Shown here piece after piece: positions 54,831 through 63,540 of a stretch of DNA of 64,000 nt. Position 1 is the stretch's first letter, and each line of letters starts with the position of its first letter. The notes under the pieces were generated by a model. That model saw nothing but the letters and a program-made list of their open reading frames with translations, did no database searches and was not told the DNA's origin. The position numbers were made by a program, and so were the translations under genes. Source of the stretch: a virus (taxonomy: Duplodnaviria > Caudoviricetes); the IMG/VR virus record IMGVR_UViG_3300028864_000017; one strand, written 5' to 3'.

Positions 54831-55211
54831 ATGGATAATTTAGTAGAAAATATTAAGTCGGAGCAAGAAAATATATCATTAAGAACTGATGATATTATTA
54901 CAAAGATAGAAGAGTTATCTAAAAAAATAGACACAATAACTGCACAAATAACAAATGAAGTTAGTGAAATAAAAAATATTATTTATGACATACAACAAAA
55001 TATAAAAAATGTTGATACTGATGTTGATAATATAGTAGGTAATGTAGGTGAAATAAAAGGAGAATTAAAGGATGTTGATTCTGATATTAGTAAAATCAAA
55101 GATGATATTAAAAATGATAATTTGGAAGATATTAAAGACAGTGAAGAATTAAAAAACGCAATAAAAAAGAAATCTGGTGGAATTACATATAATGTAGTTA
55201 TTCAACAATAA
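54831..55211 (+). CDS. Soluble paralog of the 54220 repeat domain
   Basis: RTDDIITKIEELSKKI; NVDTDVDNIVGNVGEIKGELK. Confidence 0.65.
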   Translation: MDNLVENIKSEQENISLRTDDIITKIEELSKKIDTITAQITNEVSEIKNIIYDIQQNIKNVDTDVDNIVGNVGEIKGELKDVDSDISKIKDDIKNDNLEDIKDSEELKNAIKKKSGGITYNVVIQQ

Positions 55212-55274
55212 AAAATTTTTAATATTGAATATACAAAAAAATTGTGTATCTTTGTTTTTATTTAAAAAATCAAC

Positions 55275-55760
55275 ATGAAATACGGAATTTACACATTAGT
55301 AATTGAGAATTATATCACTAAAAATTTACCTCTACTAAGTACATTTTCATTAAAAATGGAATTCGGATGGGGTAATGGTTATATATTAATACCTAATAAT
55401 CATCCATCATATGGAGTTTCATATGATGATATGAATACAATAAGTGTACATGGAGGATTAACATATGGTCAATTTTTTGATTCTAAATCATTTTTAGAAT
55501 GGATTGATAATTTAGAAATTGATGGTGATGTAACAATAGATAATTATAAAAAATTAGATAATTATTGGATGATAGGATTTGATACTAATCATTATGGAGA
55601 TAGTATTGAAAAATGTTCTAAAGAATATGTAATACATCAATCTGAATATTTAATGGAACAATGTTTAAATAATAAAATAGAAGGAGTTATGAAATACAAA
55701 TTAGCATACTCAAGAAAAGAAAAATTAAAAAACATTAATCAAGTCATTAAAAATAAATGA
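55275..55760 (+). CDS. Conserved phage hypothetical protein with RxxKL tag
   Basis: WGNGYILIPNNHP, VHGGLTY, IGFDTNHYGD; RKEKLKNI; promoter at 55247-55254. Confidence 0.7.
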   Translation: MKYGIYTLVIENYITKNLPLLSTFSLKMEFGWGNGYILIPNNHPSYGVSYDDMNTISVHGGLTYGQFFDSKSFLEWIDNLEIDGDVTIDNYKKLDNYWMIGFDTNHYGDSIEKCSKEYVIHQSEYLMEQCLNNKIEGVMKYKLAYSRKEKLKNINQVIKNK

Positions 55761-55774
55761 GTAAATACTTACAT

Positions 55775-55846
55775 GTGCTTATAGTGTAATGGATAACACG
55801 TATCACTACGGATGATGAGTTGAAGGTTCGAGTCCTTCTAGGCATA
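55775..55846 (+). tRNA. tRNA-Arg(ACG)
   Basis: gtgctta/taggcat; tatca-CTACGGA-tgatg; gaagg-TTCGAGT-ccttc. Confidence 0.9.
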
Positions 55847-55921
55847 CAAAAAAATCAATTTGGACTAATTTAATTTTATATATAAGTTAATTAATAAACT
55901 TAAAATTAAAAAATTAAATAA

Positions 55922-56218
55922 ATGAATAAAATTGAAGAAATTTTCAAATCTTGGAGAATATCATTCAACCCAAATGATGAGCAATCAGATCTTGCAAGTA
56001 AAAGAATTGAAATATGTGATGGGTGTGAGCATAAAGAGATGTTAAATATAGGAGAGATTGATATATTTGCAAGATGTAATTTATGTGGCTGTGCGTTAAA
56101 AGCAAAAATATTCACACCTAAAACATATCAAGATATCGGAGGAACATGTCCTATTCAAAAATGGACTGAAGTTGAAAAAGAGCATTTAGATTCAATTGAA
56201 AATGGAAAGAAAATTTAA
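55922..56218 (+). CDS. Cys-rich (Zn-binding) phage protein
   Basis: RIEICDGCEH ... CNLCGCALKAK ... CPIQKW. Confidence 0.7.
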   Translation: MNKIEEIFKSWRISFNPNDEQSDLASKRIEICDGCEHKEMLNIGEIDIFARCNLCGCALKAKIFTPKTYQDIGGTCPIQKWTEVEKEHLDSIENGKKI

Positions 56219-56477
56219 AATAGGTGACATTGTTATTTGTTCTGAAATTTGCAATGACATTAAAGAATATCCTTGGTATCATAAAATTCCTATGTCAATT
56301 ATTGGATTTTCAGAATATGGTAATTGTTACTATACTGATTATTGGGACTCTGATAACATAGGAATGATGACAAATAAGACAATAAATGGAGTAACTTATG
56401 AAAGTATTTCAGAAGAATGTTTAGAGTTTTCTATTAAGCACACAAGAAAAGAGAAATTAAAAAAGCTTCATATTTAA
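56196..56477 (+). CDS. KOW/SH3-like protein with RxxKL tag
   Basis: KFKIGDIVIC ... TRKEKLKKL. Confidence 0.65.
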   Translation: MKMERKFKIGDIVICSEICNDIKEYPWYHKIPMSIIGFSEYGNCYYTDYWDSDNIGMMTNKTINGVTYESISEECLEFSIKHTRKEKLKKLHI

Positions 56478-56492
56478 ATATGAAGCTTTTTT
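56458..56492. terminator. Bidirectional terminator
   Basis: aaaaagcttcatat-ttaa-atatgaagctttttt. Confidence 0.8.
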
Positions 56493-56498
56493 AATTTT

Positions 56499-57539
56499 TT
56501 AATTTTTACCATGAATAGGACAGTTATCATCAATTAAACATTTTTTTGAAGGATAAATTTCAATATTATTAATTTTTGGACATGTACATCTTGGAGTTTG
56601 CCAAAATTTATGAAATAATATATCTTCATCTTCTCCGTAAAGAGTTTGCATATTAAATTCAATATTAGTTAGTTTTTTATAATATTTTTTTATACTACCT
56701 TCACAGTTATAAATATCATCATAAATCTTCAATTTATTTAACAAACAATCTTTCAATTTTGATAAATTTTCATTAATTTGAATTCTATTCTCATCAACTC
56801 TACTTCTAAACTCTTTATATTTAACCAAATATTTATCCTCTTTTTCATATTTGTCAATCAAATCATTTAGTGTAGAACTTTTCAATTCTTTATATTCTTC
56901 AGGATTAATATCTTCGTCTTCAATACATTTTTCTAGCTCTTCAAATCTTTCTTTTTTATCAAGAGGACCACCATGAAATGTTATTTCACTAAATATTGCG
57001 TTATACAAATCAAATAATGTAAATGTTTTTTCTCCTAACTCAAATTTTGAATCTTCTTCATTTTTACCCTCTATCAATTTATTATAATCATATACAGTGA
57101 AATTTTTATTGAGTGAAATGTTTAATTTTTTTAAATTATTAAGAGATACAAAGTCTATTGAATAAAAATCAGAATTGTTATTTGATACGCCGTGAATTGT
57201 AGATGTTACATTTAATTCATTATCATACTTATTACAGCTCCAATTAACTTCTAGATAATCCATATCAAGTTTGTCAGTTGGATTATTTTCAATTTCTTGT
57301 AAAAATGGATCAATATAATATCCATCTAATGATGAATAAAAAATATCATTAAAATCATTAACATTATGTGATATAATATCAAACAATCTTTTAAATATTA
57401 AATTCTCACCTAATTCAACAGTATCTGACAAAAAAAGTAATATATCGTTTGGGTCAATAACATCAGCATTATCTATTGAATCTAGGTATAAAATTGATTC
57501 TTCGCTATAATAGATTTTATTGTTTGTTATGGTTATCAT
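56499..57539 (-). CDS. Hypothetical protein
   Basis: 346 aa; C-terminal PRCTCPKINN ... CPIHG. Confidence 0.7.
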   Translation of the reverse strand: MITITNNKIYYSEESILYLDSIDNADVIDPNDILLFLSDTVELGENLIFKRLFDIISHNVNDFNDIFYSSLDGYYIDPFLQEIENNPTDKLDMDYLEVNWSCNKYDNELNVTSTIHGVSNNNSDFYSIDFVSLNNLKKLNISLNKNFTVYDYNKLIEGKNEEDSKFELGEKTFTLFDLYNAIFSEITFHGGPLDKKERFEELEKCIEDEDINPEEYKELKSSTLNDLIDKYEKEDKYLVKYKEFRSRVDENRIQINENLSKLKDCLLNKLKIYDDIYNCEGSIKKYYKKLTNIEFNMQTLYGEDEDILFHKFWQTPRCTCPKINNIEIYPSKKCLIDDNCPIHGKN

Positions 57540-57548
57540 ATAATTAAA

Positions 57549-57875
57549 TTATTTATTAGTATCGACTAATTCAGCATCAACAATTTCTACCGATTCAGGA
57601 GAAATTATACTTTCTTCAACTACTTCTGGTATAACACTTAGATTATCAATATCAATTAATGATATATCATCTATAGTATTCAATTCATCAATATTTATAT
57701 CTGAATCAATAGCATCTTCTGTTGATGTATGTGCTTGTCCAGCCATAATCTCCTGTTGAAGTTTAATATAATTTTCCATCATTTTCTTCTTCAATATTTC
57801 TTGCTGTACTTTCTTATTTTCGTTATATTTTCTAACTTTAGAATCGTGTCCTTTTCTATTTTTTGATTTTGGCAT
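57549..57875 (-). CDS. Hypothetical protein
   Basis: Basic N-terminus MPKSKNRKGH, acidic C-terminus. Confidence 0.65.
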   Translation of the reverse strand: MPKSKNRKGHDSKVRKYNENKKVQQEILKKKMMENYIKLQQEIMAGQAHTSTEDAIDSDINIDELNTIDDISLIDIDNLSVIPEVVEESIISPESVEIVDAELVDTNK

Positions 57876-57909
57876 ATTTTTATGTTTTTATTTTATATTA
57901 ATTGATTAA

Positions 57910-58272
57910 TCAATTAAAATTCTCTATTTTATTTATTTTATCTTTTCTGAGATATAAGCTAAAATCAGTTATTTTAATTAAACTAAGTTTATCTAAATAC
58001 GATGCAAGTTCTGTATCACAGAAATAATAAGAATTATTATATTTAAATATCAAGTAGTGATCATAATTTACATAAGACATAAAATCATCAAGGTTATCTA
58101 ATTCGATAACCTTGAGATTTTTTATCTCATCAATAATATAAAGATTTTTCAATGAAGATATCTTAACATCACTTATATCAATAGCATTTTCGCTATTATT
58201 ATATATTATGTCTCTTATTTCATCAAAAATCTCCTTATTATTGCTGTGTTTCTGATACTGTTCCTGGTTCAT
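57910..58272 (-). CDS. Hypothetical protein with RxxKI tag
   Basis: LRKDKINKI. Confidence 0.65.
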   Translation of the reverse strand: MNQEQYQKHSNNKEIFDEIRDIIYNNSENAIDISDVKISSLKNLYIIDEIKNLKVIELDNLDDFMSYVNYDHYLIFKYNNSYYFCDTELASYLDKLSLIKITDFSLYLRKDKINKIENFN

Positions 58273-59023
58273 CTATTCTATCTATGTTATTATATCCGTC
58301 CATAGTATTTAATGCATCTACCCAATTGTTAAACATATTGGTGTATCTTTCTAATACTACTCCATAAGCATTAAAAAGTCTTGTCATCAAACCAACTTCA
58401 GTTAATACATTTTTAAAATAAAAGAAATGATCAGTTGATCCTTTTTCTTCATGTTTCATCAACAAGTGACTAACTAAAACTAAACTTTGTATTGAGCAAG
58501 CTGGAACGAATGATTCGATTCCTTTTGGTAAACTTTTGATATAATTTCTTGTTGGATCAATAAATTTGGTGAAAAGTTCCCAAAAATTGAAAAGTTCATT
58601 TCCATTATATGACAATTTTTTTGTTAATATATTATCCATATAATTCCACTCTTTAATAGAGAGTTCAAAATTAAAATTCAATGAACTATATTGAGTTTGA
58701 TATGTTGAGAATAGTTCTCTACCATATCCAAACAATTTATCTCTATCTTCTTTAGTCATAGATTTTACTTCTACTGAATCAGTTTGAAATCTATTTAAAA
58801 ATAAATCTAAATTGGTAAATAGGTATTCATATTTTTGAAGGGATTTACTTTCAATATATTTCTGTCCTGTTTCTGAAATAATCTTTTCAGCATCTTTAAT
58901 TTTATTATCGTTTGTACTAATTTTTTGGTTATCTCCATCTACAAATAAATTTGTATATTCTGTATTTAAATCGAATGCTTCATCACCGTTAAAATTAAAA
59001 AATTTTTTTTCTTCCATTATCAT
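58238..59023 (-). CDS. Hypothetical protein
   Basis: 261-aa ORF. Confidence 0.65.
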   Translation of the reverse strand: MIMEEKKFFNFNGDEAFDLNTEYTNLFVDGDNQKISTNDNKIKDAEKIISETGQKYIESKSLQKYEYLFTNLDLFLNRFQTDSVEVKSMTKEDRDKLFGYGRELFSTYQTQYSSLNFNFELSIKEWNYMDNILTKKLSYNGNELFNFWELFTKFIDPTRNYIKSLPKGIESFVPACSIQSLVLVSHLLMKHEEKGSTDHFFYFKNVLTEVGLMTRLFNAYGVVLERYTNMFNNWVDALNTMDGYNNIDRIDEPGTVSETQQ

Positions 59024-59047
59024 TTATTTTTGTTTTTTGTTTTTATT

Positions 59048-59485
59048 TTATCTATTTGCTTTTGTTTCTTTTTCTTTTTCAGCTTGTTGACTATTATATA
59101 AATCTCTACATTTATTTGCTCTTTCAACTGCTTCAACTCCATATCTATTAATAATACCGTATGATGTTACTAAATCTGCTTTACCTAATTTTATAGTTCC
59201 TTTATCAAGATCTGTTTCAATTAATGCCAACTCTTGATCAATTAAAATGTTTTTTATTTCATCATCAAATGCGTCATAAAAATTTTCATTAAAACTGACT
59301 AAAAGTTCAGCATTTAATAAACTTACATATCTATCATTAATTTTAACTATTTTTATTAATGTTTTTTGTTTATCATCCGCTTGAAATACAAATTTTAAAT
59401 TTATTGGGATGCACAATTTTTCTTCTAAGACTTTAAAATAGTCTATAATATAATCTGCTAATTCGTGATATTGTTCTTTTGCCAT
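59048..59485 (-). CDS. Phage putative metallopeptidase-like protein lacking HExxH
   Basis: ELLVSFNENFYDAFDDEIKNILIDQELALI ... DLVTSYGIINRYG. Confidence 0.5.
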   Translation of the reverse strand: MAKEQYHELADYIIDYFKVLEEKLCIPINLKFVFQADDKQKTLIKIVKINDRYVSLLNAELLVSFNENFYDAFDDEIKNILIDQELALIETDLDKGTIKLGKADLVTSYGIINRYGVEAVERANKCRDLYNSQQAEKEKETKANR

Positions 59486-59526
59486 GTTTTTTGTTTTTTA
59501 AATATATTGTAATTATTTAATAAAGT

Positions 59527-59952
59527 TTATAATAAAAATAATAAAGAAAACATTCCAAATAAAATTAATGAGATTATTGATACTATAATGAATCTTGCAA
59601 TAAATTTAGTATTTAGATATTTAAACTTCAATACTATTCTTATATTTAAATCATCAATTTGTTGAATATTATCTGTATCTAATTCAACATATTCTAGCAT
59701 TCCTAATTCAAATAAAAAATTATTAATTTCAATCACATGATTTCTAACCATATTATCAACATAATAGTAGCCATACTTATCAATATTTTCTTTATCATCT
59801 AAAGGTAAGTTTAATACTGTATATAATCTACCTATCCAATCATACTGAATACCGTAAGGATTAATATTTTTATTAATTCTTGATTCTTCCAAAACTTTTT
59901 TATTCTTCTTAAGAAGCTTAAAATATCTTATCAAATATAAAAATCTTTTCAT
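59527..59952 (-). CDS. Membrane-anchored hypothetical protein
   Basis: DWIGRLYTVLNLP; C-terminal TM. Confidence 0.65.
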   Translation of the reverse strand: MKRFLYLIRYFKLLKKNKKVLEESRINKNINPYGIQYDWIGRLYTVLNLPLDDKENIDKYGYYYVDNMVRNHVIEINNFLFELGMLEYVELDTDNIQQIDDLNIRIVLKFKYLNTKFIARFIIVSIISLILFGMFSLLFLL

Positions 59953-60107
59953 GTCTTATTTTTTATTTATATATTTATTGATATAGGTTCAAATGTGCCT
60001 ATATCAATAAATAATTTGATATTTATTAATATCAAATTATTTACTTCAATTACATATAGATTAAAAATAATTTAAAGTTTACTTGAAAGACGTATTATTG
60101 TAGTTAA

Positions 60108-63098
60108 TTATCTATGAAAGCTAGATGCTGGTGCTGGCTTATCTAAAGAATTTTTAATTGATTTTAATAATTTTCTAACCTCAGATATTTCAGAATAAAA
60201 TTGAGGTTCAATTTTAGTGACAACTACCATAGGTTCTTTTGCTTTTTTCTCATCTTCTATTTTATCGGATCCTGTTAAGTTATTAAATGCATTACCAATT
60301 GTTTTCATTAAATTAGGAGTAGAATCAGAGTTACCATAAATAGTTTTTATTGTATCTTGATTATCTTTTAATTTATCAAGAACTATTTGCAATTTTGCAT
60401 CATCAACAGCACTCAATAAAACAACACTAGCTGAAACTTTTGATAAATTATCAAATGTTGTAATATCTTTCAAAGAATTAGATAAATCAACAAACGAGTC
60501 TGCCAATTTATGTATTTGAACACTTTTATCTGGCATATTATCTAATAATTTAACTAATTTATCAAATCCTTGAATATAAAGTTCTGATAAAGGATTTTGT
60601 GTTGCATTTGACAATAATATTAAAGATGGAAATAGCATACCTAAATTATTTGTAAAATTCATCACATCATTTATATTTACTGCAAAATCATTTATATTTT
60701 TAGCCATTGAAACTATAAAATTATTAAAATTTGTTAAATAAGTTGCATCTGGAATATTAGTAAAATTACCGTCTGATAATATATTTGATGCTAAAACTAT
60801 TGAATTTGATGATTCTCTCACAAAATCTGTTATTGTCATTTTATTACCACCAACATTAAATAATCTAGCTATAATATCCATTATTCCTATATCATTAACT
60901 TTAGAATATGCTGTAGCCATAGATATAAGAAAGCTACCAATTCCTTCTGAATATTCTTTAGTTGGATGTCCAGCATTATTCCAATTTGTAGAATCTAATA
61001 TTGTTTTTGCTGTAACCATAGAAGAAGCAGCGTTTTTAACAAATACATTGAAACTTTCAGGATTCACACTAAATATATTAGCGCCTGCGATAGATACTAT
61101 TGCATATGTTTCAGCGAATGATTTTAATAATTCACCAACTCCATCAGCATAATCTTTAGATGGATAACTACCTGCTGTACTCCAATTAACACCAGATAAT
61201 TCTGAATTTGCAGTTTTCATTGCTCCTGCTGCTGATATTACAAAATCATTAAAACTTTGGGCTTTGGTACCAGTCAAAAATGAAAATACTTTATTAATTC
61301 CTTGCAATCCTGTAATAGCAACATAAGCAGCAGCGAATAATGTGAGTGCTGTACCAACTCCCAATGACCATTCCAATTTTGGATAACCACTATCCCATTT
61401 ACCACTTTGTAATAATAAAGATACTTCAACCATTGTATTTGCTATTTTAATTAAAGGGTTTTCTTCACCAGTAAATATTTTTGATATCGCTCCTGCAATA
61501 CTACCAGCGGATGCTATCACCATAGCAGAACTAAACGCAATTAATGATCCACCTACTCCTAATGCCCAATCCAAAGGTGGATATTTAGTATAATCACCAG
61601 TTGGTATTATATGTGAAACAAGAACCATAATTCCAGCAACAGCAAGAATAGCAGCAAGACCAATCCAGAAAAATGGATTAGTTCCAGCAAATAATCCAAC
61701 TCCAGCAGCAATAAGAGCAAATCCTCCAATTGCTAATCCAGCAGATAATGTCCACATAAAATCAGGTGCTATCATATTAGTAGGCAATGATGAAAATATA
61801 TTAGCAACGACTACAATAGCAATAGATGTTAATATACTTCCTGCTATACCAACAAGCAAATCAGAAAGAGATAATTTACCTAACAACATAACTGTAGGTG
61901 TAAAAATTAATATTGATATACCCATTGCTAATGTACTTAATACAACATTTAATGGATCAGAAAGAGATATAAATTCACTAAAAATTATACTAGATTGTGT
62001 AATAGCAATAGACATTGGCAAAATCATTAATGTTCCAGTAATAACATCTTCCAATTTCATTTTACCTAAAAAATAAATTGCGGGAGTAAAAAACAGCAAC
62101 GATAATCCAATAACAGCACTACCAATTAATAAATCTAATGGATTACTAATTGGAACAAATCCTTTAAATATTTCACTTGCTAAAACTATACCTCCTGCTA
62201 TTAATGGTATCATAAAAGGCAATGCCAACATTTCTTTATATGTCACATTTTTTAATCCTTTTAATGCTAAAGAAATTCCAATAGTTGCTACACCCAAAGC
62301 CAATCCTATCATACCTACAGATAATACTTGCATAAAAGATATATTTTCAACCCCTTTTAAAATATGAGAAGATTTTACAATGCCCCATGCTATCATTGGT
62401 AATATTAAAGGTAGCAATGGTACCATTTTTAATGATGAACTACTAATTTTAGACACTGATTTCATTATAAGATACGCAGCTAATCCCATTGCGGTACTAA
62501 TTAGAAGAATTGACATTGATTGCATTACTGAAAAGTCTGGCATTCCTTTTAATATGTAGCCAGACAATGCTAAGCCAATTGCCATCAATGGCATAATAGA
62601 TGAAATTAACAGTATATTAGTATATTTTAAATTTTTTATGTCCGCTATTTTACTATATGCCAATGACATAGCTATCATAGATACTGATAACGCGACAACT
62701 GATAGAAAATCTACTTTTCCTATTATTTTAAATGCCAATCCTAACGCTAAAACTCCTGCAGCAATTAAAACAACAACTTTTATACCATCAACAATCTTAT
62801 TTTTGTTCTTAGGATCTTCTATGCTACCAAACATTCCAGATTCTTTTTGCTTCTTTATTCCATCAATTTTCTGTAATATTTTTTCATTATCAGTTTTGAC
62901 ATTTTTAAATCCGTCTTCTGTAATTTTCTGTAAATCCTTTACTACATGACTCAAATCATTCATAGGAGTCTTTAAAAAATCATTAACGACGTCTGATTTG
63001 CCAGTTTTTTGCTGTTCTTTTAATATTTCCACAATTTTCTCTAATGCGGTAGTGAATGTATCTAATGATTCTATGTATTTTTCATCTATTTTAGACAT
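60108..63098 (-). CDS. Tape-measure-like repetitive amphipathic/membrane protein (996 aa)
   Basis: Repeated hydrophobic helical units and YP....GVG units; size and composition. Confidence 0.55.
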   Translation of the reverse strand: MSKIDEKYIESLDTFTTALEKIVEILKEQQKTGKSDVVNDFLKTPMNDLSHVVKDLQKITEDGFKNVKTDNEKILQKIDGIKKQKESGMFGSIEDPKNKNKIVDGIKVVVLIAAGVLALGLAFKIIGKVDFLSVVALSVSMIAMSLAYSKIADIKNLKYTNILLISSIMPLMAIGLALSGYILKGMPDFSVMQSMSILLISTAMGLAAYLIMKSVSKISSSSLKMVPLLPLILPMIAWGIVKSSHILKGVENISFMQVLSVGMIGLALGVATIGISLALKGLKNVTYKEMLALPFMIPLIAGGIVLASEIFKGFVPISNPLDLLIGSAVIGLSLLFFTPAIYFLGKMKLEDVITGTLMILPMSIAITQSSIIFSEFISLSDPLNVVLSTLAMGISILIFTPTVMLLGKLSLSDLLVGIAGSILTSIAIVVVANIFSSLPTNMIAPDFMWTLSAGLAIGGFALIAAGVGLFAGTNPFFWIGLAAILAVAGIMVLVSHIIPTGDYTKYPPLDWALGVGGSLIAFSSAMVIASAGSIAGAISKIFTGEENPLIKIANTMVEVSLLLQSGKWDSGYPKLEWSLGVGTALTLFAAAYVAITGLQGINKVFSFLTGTKAQSFNDFVISAAGAMKTANSELSGVNWSTAGSYPSKDYADGVGELLKSFAETYAIVSIAGANIFSVNPESFNVFVKNAASSMVTAKTILDSTNWNNAGHPTKEYSEGIGSFLISMATAYSKVNDIGIMDIIARLFNVGGNKMTITDFVRESSNSIVLASNILSDGNFTNIPDATYLTNFNNFIVSMAKNINDFAVNINDVMNFTNNLGMLFPSLILLSNATQNPLSELYIQGFDKLVKLLDNMPDKSVQIHKLADSFVDLSNSLKDITTFDNLSKVSASVVLLSAVDDAKLQIVLDKLKDNQDTIKTIYGNSDSTPNLMKTIGNAFNNLTGSDKIEDEKKAKEPMVVVTKIEPQFYSEISEVRKLLKSIKNSLDKPAPASSFHR

Positions 63099-63104
63099 TT
63101 ATAA

Positions 63105-63539
63105 TTAAAGATTATTTTGGGTTCTTACTTTTTTCATATTAGGGTTTGGAACTGAGTTAATATTAGATTTTTTAAGTGTTTGATTTAATTTATCTATTTG
63201 CTGTACTGTTTTATCAAATTCTTGTACTTGATTTTTATAATCTTGAACTTGTGTTTTTACTTCTTTTTGATTTTCTGGCTCTAGATCTTGAATATTTTGT
63301 AACAATCCTTTTTCAATAACATCTTTCTTTGCTAAAATGGTTTGTTTTTGTTGTTCAGTATCTATTAAAATATTATCCACACCATCTGTTGGTTTATTGT
63401 TATTTGTCTGATGATTATTGTTATTTTGAACTGGTTTTAATTTTGTTTTATTTGATAATGAATTTATATAACCTTGTGTAGTGTTAGGATTATTCATTCC
63501 GTTTTCTAAAAAAATTTCGTAATTATTTATATGTATCAT
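63105..63539 (-). CDS. Coiled-coil protein with capsid-targeting-like N-terminus
   Basis: Probable start MIHINNYEIFLENG. Confidence 0.65.
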   Translation of the reverse strand: MIHINNYEIFLENGMNNPNTTQGYINSLSNKTKLKPVQNNNNHQTNNNKPTDGVDNILIDTEQQKQTILAKKDVIEKGLLQNIQDLEPENQKEVKTQVQDYKNQVQEFDKTVQQIDKLNQTLKKSNINSVPNPNMKKVRTQNNL

Positions 63540-63540
63540 T

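Noticed and set aside
62638-62949. Plus-strand 103-aa ORF
   Set aside because: Antisense within the 996-aa gene
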